A DNA stretch of 64,000 bases from Candidatus Bathyarchaeota archaeon (GTDB taxonomy: Archaea > Thermoproteota > Bathyarchaeia > Bathyarchaeales > Bathycorpusculaceae). Under the pieces are notes generated by a model. That model made no database searches. It was not told where the DNA came from and worked only from the letters and a program-made list of their open reading frames with translations. Each line of letters opens with the position of its first letter. The stretch's first letter is position 1. The stretch lies in assembly GCA_963811105.1 (NCBI GenBank), contig CAWEPZ010000013.1:128001-192000 (forward strand). The letters run 5' to 3'. A program made the translations under genes and the position numbers. This document shows, piece after piece, positions 1 through 8,910 of the stretch.

Positions 1-18
1 AATTATGCGAACGACGGC

Positions 19-228
19 TTATTTTTCTCTTTGCACCACAAAAGCAATTTTGACGACCGCTCTGTATTCAACGATTTTGTTGTTTTCTACTTTTGCCTTG
101 CAACTTTTCAAGTAAATAGATTTAATGTTCTTAACTGTCAGTGCTGCTTCTGCCAAGGCATTTTTCGCCGCATCTTCCCAGTCTTTTGGTGAGCTACCTA
201 TTAGTTCTATGACTTTTACAACTGCCAT
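19..228 (-). CDS. Dodecin-family (flavin-binding) small protein
   Basis: 69 aa; VKVIELIGSSPKDWEDAAKNAL...VEYRAVVKIAF matches the dodecin pattern. Confidence 0.85.
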   Translation of the reverse strand: MAVVKVIELIGSSPKDWEDAAKNALAEAALTVKNIKSIYLKSCKAKVENNKIVEYRAVVKIAFVVQREK

Positions 229-332
229 TTCTTAAACTATCCAATATATAATATGTTTAACTCTCTATTATTTTTTGCATTGTTTGCATAAAGTTTTTGA
301 GGAACTTTTCTATCTTTATTCGTGGTGATATT

Positions 333-515
333 GTGGCTGAACCAGTTTTTGAGTGGTATAAAGATAAAGTGGGAAAATATCGATTTAGGTTGAAAGCAGC
401 TAACGGAGAAATAATTGCAGTCGGTGAATCGTATTCTTCAAAAGAAGCTTGTGTAGCCGGCATTGAATCTATTAAGAAGAACGCTCCAATTGCCAAAATA
501 GTGGAAGCAAAATAG
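333..515 (+). CDS. YegP/DUF1508 family protein
   Basis: FEWYKDKVGKYRFRLKAANGEIIAVGESYSSKEAC..GIESIKKNAP; in-frame GTG at 333 preceded by GGTGA RBS at 324-328. Confidence 0.85.
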   Translation: MAEPVFEWYKDKVGKYRFRLKAANGEIIAVGESYSSKEACVAGIESIKKNAPIAKIVEAK

Positions 516-717
516 TAGTACAAAAACCAAAAGCCCTACAAACAAAAAAATTGCTTACAAGGTAAGGGAAAGCTGCAAGAGATCGACGATTTTCTTAATT
601 TCTTTCTTTTTTTGATTTCATTTTCTTTCTTTATATAGCAGTATCTTCGAGCGAGCAGCTGAATTAGGGCAAGACATAGCTCGATCCATGAACTTAAAAG
701 GGAATGGCTCCTAAACA

Positions 718-1090
718 ATGAATTGGAGATTGGACGAAATGTACTTTGTGTATCTGTTGATACAAATCGTTGTAGCTACCGTGATACTTGCTCCAGTGTT
801 GTGGATTGTTGGAAATTAGTTTGCAGTCAAAGAGAAGGCAAAATTCACCGATGCAGTTTGAATTGGAGTTCTGGGAGTAGTAATTAGTGAAGTCATTAGC
901 TTCTTTTTCAGCGACTTGCTTAGATCAATACTTGGAACATTAATCATGATAGTGGTTTGGCTGGCGTTGATCACTCACCTCTTCGACGCGGGTTGCTTAA
1001 AGAACTTGTTATACCCATAATTGCAGGGATAATCTGCTGGGTCATATCAATAATACTATCGGCAATAACAGTAGCATTGGAGTTCTCACC
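718..1090 (+). pseudogene. Decayed small multi-TM membrane protein
   Basis: ATG 718 reads ...LLIQIVVATVILAPVLWIVGN*FAVKEKAKFTDAV*IGVLGVVIS...VWLALITHLFDAG, then frameshifts into IIAGIICWVISIILSAI; stops TAG 817-819 and TGA 859-861; end approximate. Confidence 0.65.
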
Positions 1091-1473
1091 ACTGCCTCTT
1101 TGTGGTAAAAATCTGATAAGAAATCCTACCTCTCACTTTTTTGGTTGCAACTTCTTAATCTATGCGATCATGGCTCTATACTCCATTCTTTCTTTCGCAA
1201 GCAAACTACCGCTCTTACATAGCAAAAAATAACATAAACTATTCTTGAGTGGTTCTATAATGCCAATGAGAACACACATTTAGCTAGATAAAATGCACGA
1301 TTCATATTTTTGATTCATAAAGCTTATCTTATTTCTTGAACTTCACTGATTAAGAAAGATACACGAAAACCGGACATAAAGGCATATTTTACAAAGTTAT
1401 CAAGAGAGACATAAATGAAAAACCAAAAGAAACGCCAAAGGGAAAGACGCAGGAAAATTTTAGAGAATGAAGA

Positions 1474-1590
1474 ATGAAAGCTAACGATAAATGTCCTTCG
1501 CGCAGTTCAACTGAGATCGAAACAGATTATGTAAGCGAATCAGTATTTATTGTTTGAAAGATTTGCAGAGCAATACAGTCAAAAAGCTAG
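1474..1590 (+). pseudogene. Possible decayed Zn-ribbon microprotein
   Basis: MKANDKCPSRSSTEIETDYVSESVFIV*KICRAIQSKS*; looks like CxxC..CxxC with Cys->Arg and Cys->TGA (1555-1557). Confidence 0.35.
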
Positions 1591-1689
1591 TTTAATAAAT
1601 ACTATTTTAAACATATGTGGGTATTAAGAGTTAAGTATCAAAGATGATTAATATGGCATCGAGTTTCTCTTTTCTCACCCTCAAGTTTC

Positions 1690-1943
1690 CTTCAATGTAT
1701 CTCTGGCAGGTTTTGTAGAAAAGAAAAACCATTCAAATGAATTAACTTGAACACGAGTTACAGCGAATAACAAGCTCTTTCAAACCTTGCTTGTTGTAAC
1801 CTTCGCCTCCACAATTGAATATACCTCTTTGGTACAATTCATCAGGAAATATGGCAGCTCTATGTCTGGGGCAGGCCAAATCTCCGCTTCCATCTATTTT
1901 TGTTAAATCCAATCTACACATTTGTGTTTCCTTATTTTTTCAC
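1690..1943 (-). pseudogene. Decayed Cys-motif hypothetical protein
   Basis: Pieces in shifting frames: RLDLTKIDGSGDLACPR..AIFPDE / CTKEVYSIVEAKV / QGLKELVIRCNSCSS / IHLNGFSFLQNL; GGAG upstream of GTG; boundaries approximate. Confidence 0.5.
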
Positions 1944-2114
1944 GTCTCCTTTGAAAGGTTATTTTCTGGGTCTCTAAGATGCAAAAATATTGATCGATTT
2001 ATCAGATTTTCAGTAAAATCTTAACCAAATTCATACGGGATTCACTTCATCAGTTACTTGTTATAGCTTCCAGACAATCACACATGTTTAATTGTTAATC
2101 AACATGTAATTCTC

Positions 2115-2351
2115 TTGTGTGCTAAAATGACAATTAATGACCGACTGGGAATTATCCGTTTCTGCGAAAGACCGAAAGACAAAGGCAGAATTATGGACCG
2201 GCTAGGTTTGAATTATATTCAGACAGAATCCTATTTGGCAATTCTCACGAAACAAAGTTTACTTATGCAAAACGATGGGAAATATGTAGTTACTATGAGA
2301 GGACAAGGCTACCTTTCTTCCAGCGACAGAATCAGCAAAATCAAAATCTAA
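2115..2351 (+). CDS. Winged helix-turn-helix protein (HTH_45-like)
   Basis: KGRIMDRLGLNYIQTESYLAIL...KYVVTMRGQGYL wHTH pattern. Confidence 0.7.
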   Translation: MCAKMTINDRLGIIRFCERPKDKGRIMDRLGLNYIQTESYLAILTKQSLLMQNDGKYVVTMRGQGYLSSSDRISKIKI

Positions 2352-2915
2352 ATTTCGGCTGGAATAGATTTTAATCTCGCCCGAAAACGACCCATTCTGA
2401 TAAGTGCAAATTATAAAGAAGCAGGCTTAAGCCAAAGCCATTAAAAACTACCTCTCGAATCTGTTTTTTTTCGCGATAATTGGGAACAATTCGGGACAAA
2501 TGAGGACAATTAGGGATATTTACAAGGGATATTTCTAGACGCACCTGCAAACAAAACAAACATTAAATCAAAAAAACCAACCCAAAACACGAAGAAAAAA
2601 AATTCTCAGCAAAACACCAATAACACCCACCTACAGAATTCTGATAAAACAAAACACAAAAAACGCCTTTAACTTTCTTTGACTTCTTTTGACTTAACCT
2701 TCAAACTATTCAAACCCTAATTTAGCCTGCAAATTTACTGGTTTTCCTAAACCCTAGTTTAAACTTCACTGACTAAGAGTGAGTTGTTCGGTCATAAATG
2801 ACTTTCGGCTATTTCTCTGACATTTGTGGGTTTCGGCAAAATAAGCGTTACTACAGTATCAATTCAACATTTTTGTCTAAAATTGAGATTGAGTTTGGAT
2901 CTTTTTGCTAGTTGA

Positions 2916-5900
2916 TTATTTAGGTTTTGTTGGAAGAGTAACTGTGAACTTTGTTCCCTTGTTTACTTTTGTTTTCACTTTTATAGTGCCCCCATGTGCC
3001 TCTATGATACTTTTACAAATAGCTAAACCAAAACCCATTCCTTGCGCCTTCGTAGTGAACAAAGGAGAGAAAAGTTTTTGCAAAGTCTCCTCAGGTATAC
3101 CTGTGCCAGTGTCAACGAAAGCAATTTTCACATGGTCTCTTGTTTGGCAACTACTTATTTCAACTGTTCCCTTATCAGGCGTCGCATCAATTGCATTCTT
3201 GATAAGGTTTATGAAAACACGCATCATCTTGTCAGCGTCAACCCAAATCTGAGTCTCTTCATGAACATGGTTTACGATTCGTATTCGGTCTGGAACCTGA
3301 ATCATCCTCGTAGCCTCATCCACAAGGGTACGCGCTGCATATTTTGTGAGCTCAAGACGCATCTTTCTTGAATAATCTAGCAGATCGTTTATGATTTTGT
3401 TGGAATGGTCAATGCATTTGTCTATGGTTTCAAGCATTTCTTTAAACTGAGTTTCAGAAATTGCTAGACCCTTCTTCTTCAAGAAATAAGCAGCATTTTT
3501 TATGCCTGTCAATGGGTTACGTAGATCGTGCCCAACCATGCCAGCTAGTTCGCCTATAGCTGCTAAACGTTCAGAATTGACAAGTCTCTCATTAGCATCC
3601 TTCAACTGGGCAGTTCTCAAATCAACCATGCATTTCAAATGCTCCGAATAGTTTTTTACTTTTCTTTCCAAAACCTTGCGGTGCTCTTCAGCTTTCTTGC
3701 GTTCAGTTATGTCTATGGCAATCTCCACTGCCGAAGTAATATTTCCATGCTCATCCGTAATTGGGGTAGCGATTATTTCAACCCAATATGGATTGCCATC
3801 GACGGTCGTAGAGAAGTATTCATGGGAGTCAAGATTTGTTTGTCCAGCGTAAATTTTTGCCACACCGCAATCTGAGCATGGTGCATCTAGATTGTTAAGT
3901 GTTGAATAGCACAATTTTCCGACAGTATCGCCTTTGTATCGTTTTATAAAGTCGTTTGCCCAAACCACTTGGTAGTCTTTATTGACAATTACCAGACCAG
4001 CACCGATTGCTTCCGAAACTGATTTAAACTTATTGCGCTCTTCCACAAGGAACCCTTCAGTTTTCTTGCGCTCTGTGATGTCAATGACTAAACCTCTAAG
4101 TCCAATTACTTTGTCTTCAAAAATAATGGGCGCTGTTCTAACTATCGCTGAATACTTTGAGCCGTTTTTTCTGTAAAGTGTATATTCGTGACCTTCACGA
4201 CCTCTCCCTGATAAAGCCTTCTTTATGTTTTCTTTCGCAATTTCTCGTTCCTCTGGAACAACAAACTGCAGCATATTCATACCCTTTTCGAGTTCTTCGG
4301 GTGTGAAGCCCGTTAATTCAAAAGCTCTTTGACTGAAGAAAGTAATCTTTCCTGATAGATCAGCCTCAAAAACTATATCAGGCAAAAAGTTAGCCAGTTC
4401 TCGATACCTCGCTTCACTTTTTCTAACAACCTCCTCAGACTTCTTGCAACTGGAAACATCTCTAATTACACCTAAGGTAAGTTGTTGATGGTTTGCTTCA
4501 ACCACAGAAATTGAAATCTGCAAAGGAAATATTTGTCCACTTTTTCTGATACCAAAAACTTCACGATTTTGCACTTTTCCATCTGACCGAAGATTAGAAA
4601 CTATTTCTTGTATATCTATTGGGTTTGCCCATAAACTAAGTTCTAAAGAAGTCTTACCTATTGCTTCTAGTCGATTATACCCAAACACTTCCTCAAAGGG
4701 TTCGTTAATCTCGAGAATTTTGCCATCATCTAAAGTGCCAATATAAAAGGCATCAGGGCTTGTAAGAAATGCTTTCCTAAATCTCTCTTCACTTTCGAAT
4801 AATGCCTCTTCGTTTGTCTTTCGTTCCGAAATATCTAAGACAATGCCTCTAAGACCTGTGACTGTATCTTTACAGATACGAGGTGTTGCCGTAATTAGTG
4901 CAGGGAAAGTTGTACCGTCTTTCCGCAAGAACGTGTATTCAGCTGGAACATAGCTGCCTCCTAACAGTAACCTTTGGATGTTTTTTGTTGCTCTTGCTCT
5001 ATCTTCAGGAATAACAAACTGTATTATGTTCAAACCTTTTTCAATTTCAACAAGAGAATAGCCAGAAATTTCTGCAGCCCTTTCATTAGCAAATTCTAAT
5101 TGTCCTCTTACATCTGTTTCAAAAACAATATCAGGCAAACAATTTGCCAGCTCTCTATACCTCTGTTCACTTTCACGCAGAATCTCCTCAGAAATCTTAT
5201 TTTCATTAATATCTAAGAACATGCCCTGAACGGCAGGCTGTCCATCAAAATCAATCCTATTTGCGAACGCGCTCAACCAAGTTACAGAACTGTCTTTTCT
5301 TACCGCACGAAGCTCATAGTATTCATCTGCAGGTTTGCTCATCAAACGATTTTCCATGCGTTTAAAAAAAGCAGCCCTGTCTTCATGGTATACCAACTCC
5401 ATTATTCTCTCGGGCGAAAGAGACATTAACTCATTCGGTGAATAACCCAAGATTTTACCAATTGCATCGTTGGCAAAAACTAGCCTGAGCGGAGCCGCTT
5501 TCATTACTAATATACCTTGAAGTGATTTCTCTACCAGCACGCGATATTTTGATTCTGATTCCGCAAGTAGCTGTGCTGACTTTTTCCGTTCTACGGTCTT
5601 GTTTATAGCATGTACTAATTCACAGTAAACAGTTTCTGGTGAACCGTTTTTATTGAGATAACTATCAGCGCCTAAATTCAAAGCTTTCACAGCAACATCT
5701 TCTCTGCCTTTTCCTGTGAATAAGATAAATGAAATTTGATTGTTTTGTTCTCTAAGTTCTTTTAAAAAGACTAATCCGTTTTTCTGGGGCATTTCATAAT
5801 CGGAAACCACTACATCATAAGTTTGTTGCTCCATTTTATTGAATGCTTCTTCAACAGATAAAGTAGTGTCGATCTCAAAATTATTCTCCATTGACAGTAT

Positions 5901-5981
5901 CTGTTTTGAAACTTCAAGAAAACAAATATCATCGTCAACATGCAAAATATGGATGGGACTCTTATTGTTTGAAGCCGCCAA
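2916..5981 (-). CDS. Hybrid REC-multi-PAS sensor histidine kinase
   Basis: N-terminal ILHVDDD..SDYEMP..FTGKG receiver; about 5 PAS/PAC repeats; H-box GHDLRNPL; N-box NLIKNAIDA; DTGTGI, FTTK, GMGFGL. The true start may be ATG 6033 with a nearby indel. Confidence 0.95.
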   Translation of the reverse strand: MAASNNKSPIHILHVDDDICFLEVSKQILSMENNFEIDTTLSVEEAFNKMEQQTYDVVVSDYEMPQKNGLVFLKELREQNNQISFILFTGKGREDVAVKALNLGADSYLNKNGSPETVYCELVHAINKTVERKKSAQLLAESESKYRVLVEKSLQGILVMKAAPLRLVFANDAIGKILGYSPNELMSLSPERIMELVYHEDRAAFFKRMENRLMSKPADEYYELRAVRKDSSVTWLSAFANRIDFDGQPAVQGMFLDINENKISEEILRESEQRYRELANCLPDIVFETDVRGQLEFANERAAEISGYSLVEIEKGLNIIQFVIPEDRARATKNIQRLLLGGSYVPAEYTFLRKDGTTFPALITATPRICKDTVTGLRGIVLDISERKTNEEALFESEERFRKAFLTSPDAFYIGTLDDGKILEINEPFEEVFGYNRLEAIGKTSLELSLWANPIDIQEIVSNLRSDGKVQNREVFGIRKSGQIFPLQISISVVEANHQQLTLGVIRDVSSCKKSEEVVRKSEARYRELANFLPDIVFEADLSGKITFFSQRAFELTGFTPEELEKGMNMLQFVVPEEREIAKENIKKALSGRGREGHEYTLYRKNGSKYSAIVRTAPIIFEDKVIGLRGLVIDITERKKTEGFLVEERNKFKSVSEAIGAGLVIVNKDYQVVWANDFIKRYKGDTVGKLCYSTLNNLDAPCSDCGVAKIYAGQTNLDSHEYFSTTVDGNPYWVEIIATPITDEHGNITSAVEIAIDITERKKAEEHRKVLERKVKNYSEHLKCMVDLRTAQLKDANERLVNSERLAAIGELAGMVGHDLRNPLTGIKNAAYFLKKKGLAISETQFKEMLETIDKCIDHSNKIINDLLDYSRKMRLELTKYAARTLVDEATRMIQVPDRIRIVNHVHEETQIWVDADKMMRVFINLIKNAIDATPDKGTVEISSCQTRDHVKIAFVDTGTGIPEETLQKLFSPLFTTKAQGMGFGLAICKSIIEAHGGTIKVKTKVNKGTKFTVTLPTKPK

Positions 5982-6062
5982 GTCAGGTAATTCTACAACT
6001 ATTCGATTTTGGTCGAGGTGTTGAATTAGCCATGCCCCAACTTACGTAGTTAATGAGTTGAT

Positions 6063-6081
6063 TATAAGTCGGTTATGAATT
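6063..6081 (-). promoter_or_regulatory. TATA-containing promoter/operator motif, copy 1
   Basis: Plus strand TATAAGTCGGTTATGAATT, 18/19 identical to 8635-8653; lies upstream of the kinase. Confidence 0.55.
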
Positions 6082-6345
6082 TAGGATACTAAATGCAACC
6101 TATCCTAAATAGAAAAAGAATTGAAAGCATGTAAGTATTACTCAATACACGACTTTTGAATCGTATCCGTTTCTCTGGAGTACCTATTGGATAGCATTTT
6201 CAGTCATAATAGCCTCAGCTGTTTTGCTCCTTCGGAAACGTGCAGACAAAACAAGAGACGACACAAAAATCGTCCTAAACAAACTTCTTTTCCTCTTTTT
6301 GTTTTATCAAACAAGTATTCAAAACCAAAAAATGAGGCGTACAAA

Positions 6346-6703
6346 ATGAGCGGTGAAAGAGTAACAAAAGCTCTAACAAGATTTGGGTTTGCAAAGAAGG
6401 ACATGGAGGCTTATGTTTTTCTTGCACGAATGGGACTTGATGAAGCGACTTCAATTGAAATGGCGCTAAATATTTATTATCAAGGACTTGCTAACCGCTT
6501 AAAGATTTTGGAAAGCAAGGGAATAATTAGAAGAATGGGGAATTAGCTTTCTGTACATTTTTTGCCGATCTATTTGAAAAAGCGGTGGATCTGTGTTTGA
6601 GGCTAATTTGAAGCAAGCTGAGGCTGCTGAGAGAAACAAAAAAGTGATTCTGAAATATTGGGCTTCTATGCTGAAAGAAAACATGATTGATGATCAGCCC
6701 TGA
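6346..6703 (+). pseudogene. TrmB-like HTH regulator, disrupted
   Basis: MSGERVTKALTRFGFAKKDMEAYVFLARMG...LKILESKGII stops at 6546; the helical tail FEANLKQAEAAERNKKVILKYWASMLKE continues beyond the stop to TGA 6703. Confidence 0.6.
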
Positions 6704-6900
6704 AGAGAAGTTTAAATTGTTGGTTGACTGCTTTGTCGTTTTGGCGCACTGAGTTTAAGTGAATTCTTTTATCAGTTCTTATGTCTTTTTTGTATATATC
6801 AGTTTTCGTAATATGTCCAAACCTGAAATAATGCTATATTAAGTCTTAAGATGCACGTAAGTAACAAGACAGATCCAAATGCATAAGAGAGGCACAAAAT

Positions 6901-7266
6901 TTGAACCGTATACAAAATGAATGTTTGGAGGAAATTCCCCTAATACTCAAAACCTCAGGTTTTGAAAATATCCTTATTGAAGCAATAGACGAAACGTTTT
7001 CAAAGTTAAGTATGCCTGTGAATAAAGCGTTCTATTCTTTCTTAAAGGTCAACTACAAATTAACCAAAGAGAACATAACCAGTGGAATCGGGGATTTCGT
7101 AGATGGGCTCCAAAAAATTTTTGGAACAGGTGCACCTCTACTTGAAATTGACATAATCAAAAACTTGCAACAGAAAACTCCTTCGTTTATCTACTTGCTG
7201 GATAGCCCAGATTTGAGTTTTGAAGATTACTTGCAATCATTAAATCGCTATCTTGAAAATCTTTAG
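6901..7266 (+). CDS. Hypothetical protein, NitrOD5/DUF3227-like archaeal output domain
   Basis: EAIDETFSKL...FYSFLKVNYKL.KENI....DFVDGLQKIFGTGAPLLEIDIIK. Confidence 0.6.
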   Translation: MNRIQNECLEEIPLILKTSGFENILIEAIDETFSKLSMPVNKAFYSFLKVNYKLTKENITSGIGDFVDGLQKIFGTGAPLLEIDIIKNLQQKTPSFIYLLDSPDLSFEDYLQSLNRYLENL

Positions 7267-7541
7267 ATAATTTTTTAGATTTTTTCGTTATTTTATTGCG
7301 TATTTGTGTTGTGCAGTATTTTTTAGCTGTTTACTTGGCGTTTGCGTGTAAGTTCTTAATGGGGGTTGGCTTGTTTTTTCATTATTTTTTGATTATTATT
7401 GGCTTTTTGTTGCAGTTTGATATGCTTGCTTTATGTCTTAAGCTTTATAGGGTGCCTTATTCTATATTGAGATTCATGCAGCAATATGTCTGATTAAGGA
7501 CATATTGTACACATGTACAACAAAAATACCGAGGGAAAAAA

Positions 7542-7940
7542 ATGAGCATAATGCACAAAAACATCCAAGCAAAACTTACGAAGAATCTGTTAGACCTAAT
7601 AATTCTCCAACTACTCGAAAACCATCCAATGCATGGTTACGAGGTAATAATGACAATCCGCAAAACCTTCGGCGTAACCTTCGGCGCCAGCACAATATAC
7701 CCTCTACTAAATACTATGGAAAAAAAGAGATACATAAAATGCGAATGGAACATGAATAGCGAAAGACCAAGGAAAGTCTACGCATTAACGAACGATGGCA
7801 AAAATTTGCTTGATTACACTACTGGTTCCCTTAGGACAATTTGCAGAACCATAGGTACAGATATTGTTAATGGCCACGATGACCATGTTCAAATCAAAGT
7901 TGCAGAAAGTCAAAATCACAAAGAGCATTACGCTGTTTAG
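7542..7940 (+). CDS. PadR family transcriptional regulator
   Basis: LDLIILQLL..PMHGYEV...STIYPLLNTMEKK...RPRKVYALTNDGK. Confidence 0.92.
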   Translation: MSIMHKNIQAKLTKNLLDLIILQLLENHPMHGYEVIMTIRKTFGVTFGASTIYPLLNTMEKKRYIKCEWNMNSERPRKVYALTNDGKNLLDYTTGSLRTICRTIGTDIVNGHDDHVQIKVAESQNHKEHYAV

Positions 7941-8089
7941 AGTAAAAAGTATAGTTTGTTCTGCTTGAAAGAGCGTCAATCGCTTGGAATAGCTTATAGT
8001 TGGATCAGCTTAGTAAGTTATGAATTGAAAATCCAAAAAATCTGGTAAATAATGTTTGGAGCTCAATTAACAGAAAATATAAAAAAAGT

Positions 8090-8383
8090 TTAGCAGAGAA
8101 AAGGTGCTTGTCGAATTTCGTTTTCTTCTATAGGAAATACTTGTTTTATTTGGCCGAATGCTTTTAGTATTGAAAAGCCTCTTGTGGTAATTGCGTAGAC
8201 GACTTTTTGTTTTCTAAGAATTCTCTTTTCAACCAAGCCGTTTTTCACTAGAAATTCTAATTCAGTTTTTAAGATTTGGCAATTAACGTTCGATTTGTAC
8301 ATTATATGAGTTAGCTTCAGCTGCCCTTTGAAAGCTAAAACTTCAAGTATGTCTATGTATACTTCAAGCTTAGATCGTCGCAT
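8090..8383 (-). CDS. Winged helix-turn-helix regulator (HTH_45/ArnR1-like)
   Basis: MRRSKLEVYIDILEVL...LTHIMYKSNVN...YAITTRG. Confidence 0.88.
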   Translation of the reverse strand: MRRSKLEVYIDILEVLAFKGQLKLTHIMYKSNVNCQILKTELEFLVKNGLVEKRILRKQKVVYAITTRGFSILKAFGQIKQVFPIEENEIRQAPFLC

Positions 8384-8588
8384 TTGGAACTTCGACCCCT
8401 ATGTTTGAATAGTACTGAAGTTTCAATTCCGCCTCGTTTAGTGCTATCAGTCTGTTTTCGAAGGCTGTTGCAAGATCATCTATTAGTATGTCTTGCACTC
8501 CAGCTGAAAGCGATTTGATATTATCGTATAAGGCTTCAGCCATTTTATGTTTCAACTGCGCCCGATTCTTGCTCACTATTTGTTTCAT
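8370..8588 (-). CDS. Hypothetical protein coupled to the wHTH gene
   Basis: 72 aa ORF with GGAAGG RBS; overlaps the start of the downstream gene. Confidence 0.7.
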   Translation of the reverse strand: MKQIVSKNRAQLKHKMAEALYDNIKSLSAGVQDILIDDLATAFENRLIALNEAELKLQYYSNIGVEVPNATI

Positions 8589-8634
8589 TTTGTTTTCCTT
8601 CCCTAATTCTCAACACCCACTATGAATGTGAATA

Positions 8635-8653
8635 TATAAGTCGCTTATGAATT
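8635..8653 (-). promoter_or_regulatory. TATA-containing promoter/operator motif, copy 2
   Basis: Plus strand TATAAGTCGCTTATGAATT, 47 bp upstream of ATG 8588; contains an ATAAG-N3-CTTAT inverted repeat. Confidence 0.55.
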
Positions 8654-8910
8654 CAGAATCTATATGAACGAAGAAAAAAGCACGGCTTTAATTGATTAAT
8701 TTATTCTATTTTTAGTCCTCTTCTTTTAAATTTGTTACAGCAACTATTTTCACCATGACCAATTTATATGCTGTGGCACCTGAGTGTTAGAACATGTGCT
8801 TTGTTAAAACCTGAAGATTTATTGACTAAACAGTTCCTCTATGCAGTGTCTAGCATGAAGCAAGTTAGGCAACAACAAAAAAAAAGGGTAAGAATTTAAG
8901 TTTTTTAAGA

